IMG/VR virus record: IMGVR_UViG_3300045988_023308
Source of the DNA: a virus
Direction: 5' to 3' (one strand)
DNA: 42,430 nucleotides
Program-made: the position numbers and the translations under genes
The notes under the pieces: model-generated
What the model was told of the DNA's origin: nothing
Databases searched by the model: none
The model's input: the letters and a program-made list of their open reading frames with translations, nothing else
In this document: piece by piece, positions 6,949 to 14,380 of the stretch
Layout of the letters: each line of letters begins with the position of its first letter
How positions within the stretch are numbered: the first letter of the stretch is position 1

Positions 6949-6972
6949 GCTATATTTTAGGATTTTATCCTA
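6926..6972. promoter_or_regulatory. Operator-like palindromes (half-site TAGGAT)
   Basis: ATCCTA-ATAG-TAGGAT at 6926-6941 and TAGGAT-TTT-ATCCTA at 6958-6972. Confidence 0.5.
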
Positions 6973-7004
6973 CTTTTGGGAAAAAAGTTTTGGGGGTGTT
7001 TCCA

Positions 7005-7343
7005 ATGCAGTTTGTTGAGAGGGTGGCAGCCCTCGCAAAAGAAAACGGGGTAACGGAAAAGCAAGTCCTGCTGGATTGCAAACTGAATAAAAATTTATTT
7101 GGCTTATGGCGGCAAGGAAGAACGCCCAGCACGGCGACAAAAAGGGTATTGGCCGATTACTTCGGCGTATCAGTGGAGTACCTAATGGGCGAAACCGACG
7201 ACAGGGGGGAAAAAAATAGCCCCGGTCAGACGACCGAGGCTGAAGGAGCGAAAAAGGCAATATTGGATTTGATTGATGGCATGTCGGACGATCAGCTACA
7301 AAAGCTAGAGACGATCATCCAGGCGGCAAAGAATGTCTTGTAA
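7005..7343 (+). CDS. XRE-family HTH regulator (CI-like repressor candidate)
   Basis: MQFVERVAALAKENGVTEKQVLLDCKLNKNLFGLWRQGRTPS. It is divergent from the early operon and sits at the head of the plus-strand lysogeny module. Confidence 0.7.
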   Translation: MQFVERVAALAKENGVTEKQVLLDCKLNKNLFGLWRQGRTPSTATKRVLADYFGVSVEYLMGETDDRGEKNSPGQTTEAEGAKKAILDLIDGMSDDQLQKLETIIQAAKNVL

Positions 7344-7355
7344 GGGGGCGGGAAG

Positions 7356-7808
7356 ATGAAGCTAAACCCTGATTGCATCCGGGACATTATGATGTTCTGT
7401 GTAGACAAAACCTTTGTAATGGATGAGCACAGAACCGTGAAGAAAGATTCCATCTGTTTTGCAAGTTTTCACGTCCTGCATGTAGATGAGATGGCCAAAA
7501 CCGAGCAAATGCGCAAATATCCATTTGGGGAATTGACCTATCATGTGATTCAGCTTTCAGAAAGTGGATTCCTCGCAACGGATTTTTCGCTGGACACCAA
7601 AAACAGAAAAACCGAATTCCTAGTCCCGGTGATCTACTATGTCACCCCGAAAGGATACGACTTTGTGGCGGCATCCGCCGAAAAGACACAATGGGAAAAA
7701 TCCAAGTCTATCTTGGCGAAGCTGGGCGGCGTGTCAATGTCTGTCCTGGAAAAGGTTGCTGCCAATGTCGCTTCCGCTGCAATTAGTCAGCTAATGGGTA
7801 AGGGCTGA
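7356..7808 (+). CDS. DUF2513-like protein
   Basis: The N-terminus MKLNPDCIRDIMMFCVDK is characteristic of DUF2513 proteins found next to phage repressors. Confidence 0.55.
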   Translation: MKLNPDCIRDIMMFCVDKTFVMDEHRTVKKDSICFASFHVLHVDEMAKTEQMRKYPFGELTYHVIQLSESGFLATDFSLDTKNRKTEFLVPVIYYVTPKGYDFVAASAEKTQWEKSKSILAKLGGVSMSVLEKVAANVASAAISQLMGKG

Positions 7809-8040
7809 TTGCATAGCCGCCCTGGCCGTCGGAACCGAACGACACGGGAGCCGGTTCAAATGTTAGCTTGTCAAGAGCTACGGTTCTGCTGCTGTCAATT
7901 GCGTTCTTTAGGCAGGCCGGAAGCATATCTGCCTGGTCGTATGTAAGCCCATTTTTCTGCATGATTTCCATACACTCGTTTACTGTTTCTCTCATCCGAT
8001 TGCTTTTGAACCAATATCTGGGTGCGTTCATTTCGTCCAT
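7783..8040 (-). CDS. Hypothetical protein (second gene of a small antisense-oriented pair)
   Basis: ATG at 8040 after AAGGAGGA. It overlaps the upstream gene by 13 nt. Confidence 0.55.
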   Translation of the reverse strand: MDEMNAPRYWFKSNRMRETVNECMEIMQKNGLTYDQADMLPACLKNAIDSSRTVALDKLTFEPAPVSFGSDGQGGYAISPYPLAD

Positions 8041-8183
8041 TCCTGTATCCTCCTTAAAATATATTCGGCTTGCTTGTCCGTCAGGGCAAGAACTTCTGCC
8101 TTTAGTTTATCACGGATGGTTTCGGATTGCAATCCGGTGTTTTCAATCGCTTCACAAGCCATAGTGTTATCGTTCCTTTCCAT
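8028..8183 (-). CDS. Hypothetical small protein
   Basis: MERNDNTMACEAIENTGLQSETIRDKLKAEVLALTDKQAEYILRRIQEWTK. The start is uncertain (TTG 8210, ATG 8183, ATG 8162). Confidence 0.4.
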   Translation of the reverse strand: MERNDNTMACEAIENTGLQSETIRDKLKAEVLALTDKQAEYILRRIQEWTK

Positions 8184-8287
8184 TTTAACGGCTGGTGCCG
8201 TTGAATACAATCATATGTTTGGTTTACGCAAGCATATCACACTAATAGTACCATAAAACGGATATGAAAGAAAGAGGGAATATTAAA

Positions 8288-8680
8288 ATGAAGAGAATTG
8301 GGGCGTTGCTGCTTTGCCTGTGTCTGCTGCTGGCAGGCTGTGGAGCAAAAAAAGCGGAGACAATATCCCTGGTTGCGGGAGTACAGGGGCAATACGGCGA
8401 GCCGTTTACCATAAACAAGGGCACGGAATTTGAAGAAAATTATTTCATTTATCGTGTTCCGGCTGGAACATATACGGTGACAAACGTTGGAAAGTACCTA
8501 AACCAATTCACCGTTTTAGGCGAAACTGTATATATCACTGATGCCGGATGGGAAGAGCTATCCGATGTGTACTATGCTAAGTCACTAAAGCCTGGTGAAG
8601 CAGATACAGTAACTATCGAAGATGGGCAAATAATCGAAATTCACGAACCGGGAGAGTTCGAATTGGCAAAAGTAAAATAA
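8288..8680 (+). CDS. Lipoprotein (superinfection-exclusion candidate)
   Basis: MKRIGALLLCLCLLLAGCGAKK has a signal peptide with an LAGC lipobox. RBS AAGAGGGA. Confidence 0.7.
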   Translation: MKRIGALLLCLCLLLAGCGAKKAETISLVAGVQGQYGEPFTINKGTEFEENYFIYRVPAGTYTVTNVGKYLNQFTVLGETVYITDAGWEELSDVYYAKSLKPGEADTVTIEDGQIIEIHEPGEFELAKVK

Positions 8681-8872
8681 AAAGGTAACTTGTGTTTTGA
8701 ATTTGCCCGGCTCCTGGTGCCATCAGGAAGCCGGGCTGCCGCCGGTGTGGTGTGTCCCTTGCCGGTTGCTGCCATTACTGTATCACCTGAAATCGAAACT
8801 TGGAACGACCGGAAAGGGCAAATTTTAACGCAAACCATGTCAAATTGCTATGCAAAATAGGGGTGACGGATT

Positions 8873-9526
8873 TTGAAAATATCGCAGGAAGGAAAGAATT
8901 CGCAAGAAACGAAAGAATTTGTCGAAAGCTTATGGCAGGCCAGGCTAGATAAAAAGCGCACCTATCAGGAAATTTCCGACGAAACCCAAATACCATATCA
9001 CACGGTATGCCGCTTCTTCCAGGGCACGATGGACGATCCTGGGATTTACATCGTGAACGAACTGGCACATGCGTTAGACGTGCCCATGTTTGCGCCAGAT
9101 GCGCCGGACACCACCGCAGAGGTGGAGCGACTGGAATCCGAGCTGTGCCACAAGGATGAACTTCTCGCCGAAAAAGACAAGGCAATTGGAAGGCTGGTAG
9201 ACCGCAGTCGGATTATGCTAACCGGAATTGAATTCCGGGAAAACCGCCTGGCAGAAAAAGAAAATGAATTGCACACCGTGCAGGACGGGAGCAAGCCTCT
9301 AGTTTACGGACTTCTGGGTCTGTGCGTGATGCTGGCTGCCGTCCTGCTCGTTTATATGATCCTTGACGCAAGAAACCCGTATCAGGGATTGATACGGGTA
9401 GGAGAGGGGAGAGTATCCGTTGTCGTTTTGTTGGGCATTCTCGGCGTGACCATTGCGGTGTTTGTACTTATCTATATGGCCGGTGCGCATCGCTTTGTGC
9501 ACCGGGAGAATAAGGGGGAATCCTGA
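8873..9526 (+). CDS. Membrane-anchored HTH protein (N-terminal HTH, coiled coil, two C-terminal TM helices)
   Basis: TTG start. RTYQEISDETQIPYHTVCRFFQG, then an EVERLESELCHKDELLAEKDKAIGRL coil, then LVYGLLGLCVMLAAVLLVYMIL and VVVLLGILGVTIAVFVLIYMA. Confidence 0.55.
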   Translation: MKISQEGKNSQETKEFVESLWQARLDKKRTYQEISDETQIPYHTVCRFFQGTMDDPGIYIVNELAHALDVPMFAPDAPDTTAEVERLESELCHKDELLAEKDKAIGRLVDRSRIMLTGIEFRENRLAEKENELHTVQDGSKPLVYGLLGLCVMLAAVLLVYMILDARNPYQGLIRVGEGRVSVVVLLGILGVTIAVFVLIYMAGAHRFVHRENKGES

Positions 9527-10704
9527 TGCCACGAAAAGCCGCCTCCGGCTCCGGCACGATCCGGAAAAAGGAGATTGTCAGAAACGGCACGAAATACACC
9601 TATTGGGAAGGCCGCTACATGGCAGGACGGGACCCGTTGACCGGGAAGCCCGTCCGTAAATCCATCACCGGAAAAACCCAGAAGGAAGTCGCCCAGAAGC
9701 TCCGGGAGGTGGTTTCCTCCGGTGCCGACAGCGCATACAACCCCAATAGCGGTATCACCGTAGAAAAATGGCTGAATCTGTGGATAACCGACTACGCCGG
9801 GGAGAAGAAAGAAACCACCATAGCCAATTACAAAACCTGGATAGACTACCGTATTGCCCCGGCTCTGGGAAAAATAAAGCTGGAGCATTTGCAGACCAAT
9901 GATATTCAGCGATTCTATAACGGCCTGCGGGGCGATATTTCCGCAAAAACCGTCCGCAATATCCACGGTATTCTGCATAGCGCATTGGCACAGGCTGTGC
10001 GCAGCAGGATCATACCATTTAACCCGGCGGACGCTTGCGCCCTGCCAAGGGTGGAAAAGCGGGAGATAACTCCGGTTGTAGACGATGATCTCACGGCCTT
10101 TTTATCCGCTATCAAAGAGAGCAAATACGAAGATGTCTACTTGGTTGACGTATTCACGGGGATGCGTCAAGGGGAAATTTTGGGGCTGACGTGGGATTGT
10201 GTAGACTTTAAGCGGAACCGGCTATGTGTGAATAAGCAGCTGGCCAGGGTCAAGCGGGGGGGAGGAACCCATGTGCTCCGATCCACCAAAAAAGACAACA
10301 TCCGCTATATTGCGATTCCCGCTATGATTGCCGCCCGGCTGAAAACGATCCAGCAGCACCAACAGACCCTCGCTGCCGAAGACCCGTGCACATACCGAAA
10401 CGACATGAATCTTGTGTTTACGGACGATACCGGGAAGCACCTGGTTGGTATTACGGTTTACAAACACCTGAAAAAAATATTTGCCAAAATCGGAATACCG
10501 GAATCCAGATTCCACGATCTGCGCCATTCTTACGCCGTTGCACTTTTGGAGGCCGGTGTTGACGTGAAAACGCTGCAAACCAATCTAGGCCACTCGAACA
10601 TTTCGACCACCCTTGACGTGTATGCCCACGTTACCCAAAAGCTAAAAGCAGACAGTGCGGACAAGCTGGAAAAATTCGTTTCCGGGCTGCAAAAACAGCG
10701 CTAA
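9526..10704 (+). CDS. int: Tyrosine recombinase (phage integrase)
   Basis: SAM-like N-terminal domain plus catalytic motifs RFHDLRHSYAVALLEAG and LGHSNISTTLDVYAHV. TGATG overlap with the upstream gene. Adjacent to attP. Confidence 0.9.
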   Translation: MPRKAASGSGTIRKKEIVRNGTKYTYWEGRYMAGRDPLTGKPVRKSITGKTQKEVAQKLREVVSSGADSAYNPNSGITVEKWLNLWITDYAGEKKETTIANYKTWIDYRIAPALGKIKLEHLQTNDIQRFYNGLRGDISAKTVRNIHGILHSALAQAVRSRIIPFNPADACALPRVEKREITPVVDDDLTAFLSAIKESKYEDVYLVDVFTGMRQGEILGLTWDCVDFKRNRLCVNKQLARVKRGGGTHVLRSTKKDNIRYIAIPAMIAARLKTIQQHQQTLAAEDPCTYRNDMNLVFTDDTGKHLVGITVYKHLKKIFAKIGIPESRFHDLRHSYAVALLEAGVDVKTLQTNLGHSNISTTLDVYAHVTQKLKADSADKLEKFVSGLQKQR

Positions 10705-10806
10705 AAAACCTGGTTGGGGAAAACTATGGGGCAAACACCGTGAAATGAGATATTCAAAAATTGAATTTTCTTAACAAATCCATGATGGATATGAATAAGA
10801 ATACGG

Positions 10807-10843
10807 AAATCCCCTTGGAATCTGAACAATTCCAAGGGGATTT
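10807..10843. terminator. Perfect 15-bp hairpin next to the attP core
   Basis: AAATCCCCTTGGAAT-CTGAACA-ATTCCAAGGGGATTT. On the minus strand it lies 4 nt downstream of the tRNA-like CCA end. Confidence 0.55.
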
Positions 10844-10847
10844 GCTA

Positions 10848-10870
10848 TGGGGTGGATAATGGGACTCGAA
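10848..10870 (-). other. attP core: 23-nt copy of a tRNA-His-type 3' end
   Basis: The minus strand reads TTCGAGTCCCATTATCCACCCCA: T-loop, 3' T-stem, acceptor 3' strand, C73 and CCA. Compare the E. coli tRNA-His end TTCGAATCCCATTAGCCACCCCA. Similarity stops at the T-loop. Confidence 0.65.
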
Positions 10871-10982
10871 TTTTGCATATTCCGTCCATATAGTTATATT
10901 GCGTTATTTTCTTTCAAAAAACGTCCATATAATTATATTATGTATTGTGGATTGCAAATCCTGTTGGGGAAAAATATGGGGT

Positions 10983-11011
10983 AAAAAGCACCTCCTAATT
11001 TTTGGAGGTGC
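10983..11011 (-). terminator. Rho-independent terminator of the accessory operon
   Basis: The minus strand reads GCACCTCC-AAAAATTA-GGAGGTGC followed by TTTTT, 10 nt after the stop at 11022. Confidence 0.8.
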
Positions 11012-11021
11012 TTTGCTGGCA

Positions 11022-11357
11022 CTAAAATGTGATTAAGTTTTCAGCACGTTGCAGCAAAAGACGAAGATAGATTGGACATTCTCTTGATTCGGTACACCAA
11101 TTTTCGACCGTTCGCTTCGGAATGCAATACCGTTCTGCGAATGCCGCTTGACTCAGGCCAGAATGCGCAACAATTTCCCGGACGGTGCGGGTTGCGGCGG
11201 TATAGATGTCACGCAGGTTTTCCAGCCGTTCGGGCGGAATGGGCGCATCCGGTGCGTCGCCCCAAATGGTGGACAGCGCAATATCTGATATATAGGCGTC
11301 CGGGTCGTCATAATTTGCGGCTTCTGCCACGCAAAAATAATATTGTCTGTCAGTCAT
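11022..11357 (-). CDS. HTH DNA-binding protein (Aca-like/regulator candidate)
   Basis: ATG at 11357. C-terminal GLSQAAFAERYCIPKRTVENWCTESRECPIYLRLLL is an HTH. Confidence 0.55.
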   Translation of the reverse strand: MTDRQYYFCVAEAANYDDPDAYISDIALSTIWGDAPDAPIPPERLENLRDIYTAATRTVREIVAHSGLSQAAFAERYCIPKRTVENWCTESRECPIYLRLLLQRAENLITF

Positions 11358-11359
11358 TG

Positions 11360-11935
11360 TTATTTCCCTTTCTTCTTTAATGCCTTTTCCTTTTTCCTGC
11401 TTTCCCTTAACGCCGAAAGCCAATTCAGAAACTCGTCGTCCGGAACCTGCTGGGCAATGCGGCGCATTTCTTCCGCGGCTTCCCGTGTCTTAAATTCCCC
11501 GATAAAGTGTTGATGGCCGTTAAGAATTTTGTAGGTGAAAAACATCCCCCTAGCCGTTCTTTTCGATACGCCCGTGTGCGTGGAATCGGTGACGTTCCCC
11601 GCCGCCGTGATCCGTGCGTTATCGCATTTCCAGCAGCCACAACTTTTAGTAGTCCCACCCCTTAGGGACGTTGCGGGTACTAGTACAGTGTTTCCGCAGT
11701 CGCATTTGCAAAGCCAGACAAGCGATTTTGCGCGCTTTACGTCTGTTTCACAAATTGCAACCAGGCGGCCAAACCGTTGATCGCTTATGTCCCTGTTATC
11801 TGGCAGGCGGTTCCGTTGTATCAGGGCAAGGCGGCACTGTTCGGAGCAGGTACGCCGCTCATAATAGGAATCCGGGGCGGTAAATTCCGCCCCGCAGATT
11901 ACACAAATGCGGCGTTTTTCTTTGCCATTATTCAT
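11360..11935 (-). CDS. Zn-ribbon / AP2-type DNA-binding protein (HNH-associated module, no HNH motif)
   Basis: CVICG...CSEQC ribbon, a QRFGRLV...WLCKCDCG...TKSCGC module paralogous to 2801-3325, then GVSKRTARGMFFTYKILNGHQHFIGEFKTREAAEE (AP2-like). Confidence 0.55.
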   Translation of the reverse strand: MNNGKEKRRICVICGAEFTAPDSYYERRTCSEQCRLALIQRNRLPDNRDISDQRFGRLVAICETDVKRAKSLVWLCKCDCGNTVLVPATSLRGGTTKSCGCWKCDNARITAAGNVTDSTHTGVSKRTARGMFFTYKILNGHQHFIGEFKTREAAEEMRRIAQQVPDDEFLNWLSALRESRKKEKALKKKGK

Positions 11936-12239
11936 CTACAACCAGATCCCATTCATCACCGTTGTCCCGTTCTTCATCCGTCAGGGCAACCAGAACTTCG
12001 CCATCTTCGCCGCGGTTGGCGGTATCGACTTCATCCTGCCACCAGGAAATCAGGTTCTTGACATCTTCGTCGCTGGCTAGAATAGCTGTGCCGCCTTCTT
12101 CTGTTCCCTTGCCGAACTCCCGGGCAAAGCTGCCGTTTTCCAGGTCATCGAAGCAATCGGGTTCATAACCGGCATTCCAGCCACCCCGCCACAGCTTCAG
12201 GGTGATGTTGATGGTCTTGGTTTCAGTCTTGATAGTCAT
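11928..12239 (-). CDS. Small strongly acidic protein (anti-defence/DNA-mimic candidate)
   Basis: 103 aa with about 27 D/E against about 10 K/R. It is the first gene behind a consensus promoter. RBS AAAGGAG. Confidence 0.6.
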   Translation of the reverse strand: MTIKTETKTINITLKLWRGGWNAGYEPDCFDDLENGSFAREFGKGTEEGGTAILASDEDVKNLISWWQDEVDTANRGEDGEVLVALTDEERDNGDEWDLVVDE

Positions 12240-12287
12240 AATTGTAATCTCCTTTTGGTTTTGTAGGTGCTTTCCTTAACTGTCTGT

Positions 12288-12316
12288 ATTATACCACTCA
12301 TTGGGTGGTATGTCAA
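12288..12316 (-). promoter_or_regulatory. Consensus sigma-70-type promoter with a palindromic spacer
   Basis: The minus strand reads TTGACA (12316-12311), 17 nt, TATAAT (12293-12288). The spacer contains ATACCAC...GTGGTAT. Confidence 0.7.
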
Positions 12317-12348
12317 GTGTTTTCTGAAAAATAGTTGGAAATTATTTC

Positions 12349-12384
12349 AAAAATTTATCCCCAAGAGGTTGAACCCTTGGGGAT
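12349..12384 (-). terminator. Rho-independent terminator
   Basis: The minus strand reads CCCCAAGGG-TTCAA-CCTCTTGGGG (one bulge) followed by ATAAATTTTT, just after the stop at 12390. Confidence 0.65.
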
Positions 12385-12389
12385 AATAG

Positions 12390-12716
12390 TTAATCTTCTA
12401 ACCGCCGCATAATTGCGGCGTATTCCTTGGGATAAAGTGCCCGAACACAATCCATGTGTTCATCCAGTACATCCAAAAGCCGTGGCATTCCAGCCTTCCT
12501 TGCGGCTATGACAAACTCGCTTCCTCCGGTTTCTACCGGCTCCGGTGACATGGAATACATTTGCTCAGGGGCAGGATTAGCGGGATGGGAGCTTTCCGGT
12601 AACAGGTGATCCAGGATGGTGTAGCACGCTGCCATAAGCTGGCAGGCGGAAGCGGTAGGCTTTCGCATTGCCCGGCACTCTTCGATTGTTTCCAGTAAGT
12701 CCCGTTCCGTCAACAT
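12390..12716 (-). CDS. Hypothetical protein
   Basis: ATG at 12716, 6 nt after GGAGGA. MLTERDLLETIEECRAMRKPTASACQLMAACYTILDHLL... Confidence 0.55.
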   Translation of the reverse strand: MLTERDLLETIEECRAMRKPTASACQLMAACYTILDHLLPESSHPANPAPEQMYSMSPEPVETGGSEFVIAARKAGMPRLLDVLDEHMDCVRALYPKEYAAIMRRLED

Positions 12717-12718
12717 TG

Positions 12719-13078
12719 TTAATCCTCCATGCACCGCAGAGCCTTTTCTAAGGCTTCCCGTGTTCTGCTGTCCGGTGCATCGTCCATCATGCGCCGCAGT
12801 TTTTCGGCCATATCCTCCCGTGCATCCGCACGGCTATATCTGCCCATACTGTCACGCTTCCGGCCTCGGTAGCTTACACCGTCCCGTCCATAGTTGCCCA
12901 TAGCGTACCAGTCACCGGCGTTGCTGTACTCTCCGCCCATCATAATCTTGTCCAGATTTTTCAGGGTGTGGGTCAGTTTGTCCACGGTTTCCAGATCACC
13001 AGCGGATAACTCGCCTTTTTCGGCGATTTCGTCCAGTTCACGGCAAAGGGTATCACGCAATTCGTTCCAATGTTTCAT
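12719..13078 (-). CDS. Hypothetical protein (helical ends, Gly/Arg/Tyr-rich centre)
   Basis: MKHWNELRDTLCRELDEIAEKGELSAGDLETVDKLTHTLKNLDKI...YRGRKRDSMGRYSR. RBS GGAGGTGA. Confidence 0.6.
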   Translation of the reverse strand: MKHWNELRDTLCRELDEIAEKGELSAGDLETVDKLTHTLKNLDKIMMGGEYSNAGDWYAMGNYGRDGVSYRGRKRDSMGRYSRADAREDMAEKLRRMMDDAPDSRTREALEKALRCMED

Positions 13079-13094
13079 CGTGTTTTCACCTCCA

Positions 13095-13529
13095 TCACGC
13101 CACGCGTTCGATCATAAGATTTGCGTTCGCAACATTGATTGCCTGGGTGGATATGTTGCGCACAGACAGGCTGACACAGCAGCCACGGGGTACATCAACA
13201 AAGGCAGACGTTGCCACGATAAATGCGTTCTCCACAGCCGCAGGGGTCACGGTTGCCGTTGTGGTGGGCAAAGCCTCCCCGCCCAGAGCCAAGGCTACAC
13301 TGATAGCCCCGACAGTACCGCCCGTGGGAACGGCAATGTTTCCCCCAAACAGCACCCGATACCGGGCGATAGAGGAGCATCCATTGCAGATGCCCCGCAG
13401 CGTTACCAGCCCGGCTCCGTCACGGTGAACAACATACCCCCGGTTACACTTGACCGGTGTGTCGGTAAAAAGCACATTCTGCCCAGCTGCTACAGTCTGG
13501 GTAGCGTTTGCAGTAAGTTCAACCGCCAT
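13095..13529 (-). CDS. Hypothetical beta-rich Cys-containing protein
   Basis: ATG at 13529 after AGGAGG. MAVELTANATQTVAAGQNVLFTDTPVKCNRGYVVHRDGAG...VPRGCCVSLSVRNIS...NANLMIERVA. Confidence 0.6.
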   Translation of the reverse strand: MAVELTANATQTVAAGQNVLFTDTPVKCNRGYVVHRDGAGLVTLRGICNGCSSIARYRVLFGGNIAVPTGGTVGAISVALALGGEALPTTTATVTPAAVENAFIVATSAFVDVPRGCCVSLSVRNISTQAINVANANLMIERVA

Positions 13530-13540
13530 TTTGTACCTCC

Positions 13541-14338
13541 TTACGCTACATTCCCGCATCCGCAGCCGTAGCCGTTACCGCAGCAGTTGGGATTCGGAAC
13601 GACATAAGCCGGTCTTGCAGGGGGATTGTAATAGGCGAACTGGTTCTCGACGTAGCCCTTAATGGTAAGGTTCTGGGCGTTCTGACTGGCCGCAAGCTGT
13701 GCCATGAAAATCTGCTGATTCTGATCCGCAATCTTCTGGTCTTTCGCCGCCAACTCCTGGGCAGTAAGCCGCTGGTCGATGGAGCGGAAGCCGCAGTTCA
13801 TGGCATCGATGATGTCCCTGGTGGTGTTCTGGATGGTGTTCCGGGTGTCGCAACTCTGGGTAGCCAGATTGTAGTTCACGCCCTGGATCGCGGAACGGTT
13901 TTCGCAGCAGCACTCCTGATTTGCCATCTGCATCTGGAAAAGCTGCTGCATCAAGGCAGACTGCTGGTTGCACCGGGAAAGCTCCGCCGCCTGGAAACCA
14001 TTGCTGAGATTCTGGTTCACGTTTGCAAACCCATTCAGCATACCGGTGTTCATGGCATAAAAGCCGTCGCAAACGCCGTTGTTTACGCCGTCGATTTTTC
14101 GCTCGATGTTGGAAAAATCGGAAGCGAGCACATAGCCATCCACAACGCCAGCACCGTTCCTACCGCCGAAGCCACCGCCCCAGCCGTTGCCGCCCCAACC
14201 GAACATGCCGAAGATCAAGAAAACGATGATCCACGTTGCCCAGTCGCCGCCCCAGCCCATACCGCTGTTATAGCCGCCACCGTTTCCCTCGGTGCAAGCC
14301 CTGATATCGGCAGGGGAGAGGTCATTAGAAATACTCAT
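13541..14338 (-). CDS. Low-complexity membrane protein (Gly/Trp-rich TM region, N/Q-rich body, Cys/Gly-rich C-terminus)
   Basis: AGGAGG RBS. GWGGDWATWIIVFLIFGMFGWGGNGWGGGFGG, ...QECCCENR..., C-terminal NPNCCGNGYGCGCGNVA. Confidence 0.65.
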   Translation of the reverse strand: MSISNDLSPADIRACTEGNGGGYNSGMGWGGDWATWIIVFLIFGMFGWGGNGWGGGFGGRNGAGVVDGYVLASDFSNIERKIDGVNNGVCDGFYAMNTGMLNGFANVNQNLSNGFQAAELSRCNQQSALMQQLFQMQMANQECCCENRSAIQGVNYNLATQSCDTRNTIQNTTRDIIDAMNCGFRSIDQRLTAQELAAKDQKIADQNQQIFMAQLAASQNAQNLTIKGYVENQFAYYNPPARPAYVVPNPNCCGNGYGCGCGNVA

Positions 14339-14380
14339 GTTTTTGTTTCCTCCTTATAAGATAATTATTATAACAGCGTT

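Larger units (their letters stand above)
10709..10985. repeat. attP arm-type direct repeats
   Basis: CTGGTTGGGGAAAACTATGGGGCAAA (10709-10734) versus CCTGTTGGGGAAAAATATGGGGTAAA (10960-10985). CGTCCATATAGTTATATT (10882-) versus CGTCCATATAATTATATT (10922-). Palindromes ATTCAAAAATTGAAT and TCCATGATGGA are also present. Confidence 0.5.

Noticed and set aside
13659-14072. Alternative-frame ORFs inside the low-complexity gene (13659-14072, 13546-13731) and inside the endolysin (16454-16951, 16542-16742)
   Set aside because: They lie on the same strand as stronger genes in overlapping frames. They have no RBS, and their Arg/Pro/Gly-rich translations are typical of off-frame reading of GC-rich coding sequence.
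14339-14380. Possible internal promoter (TTGGTA-19-TATAAT on the minus strand) upstream of the 13541-14338 gene
   Set aside because: The 19-nt spacer and the weak -35 make it unconvincing. The genes on either side look co-transcribed.
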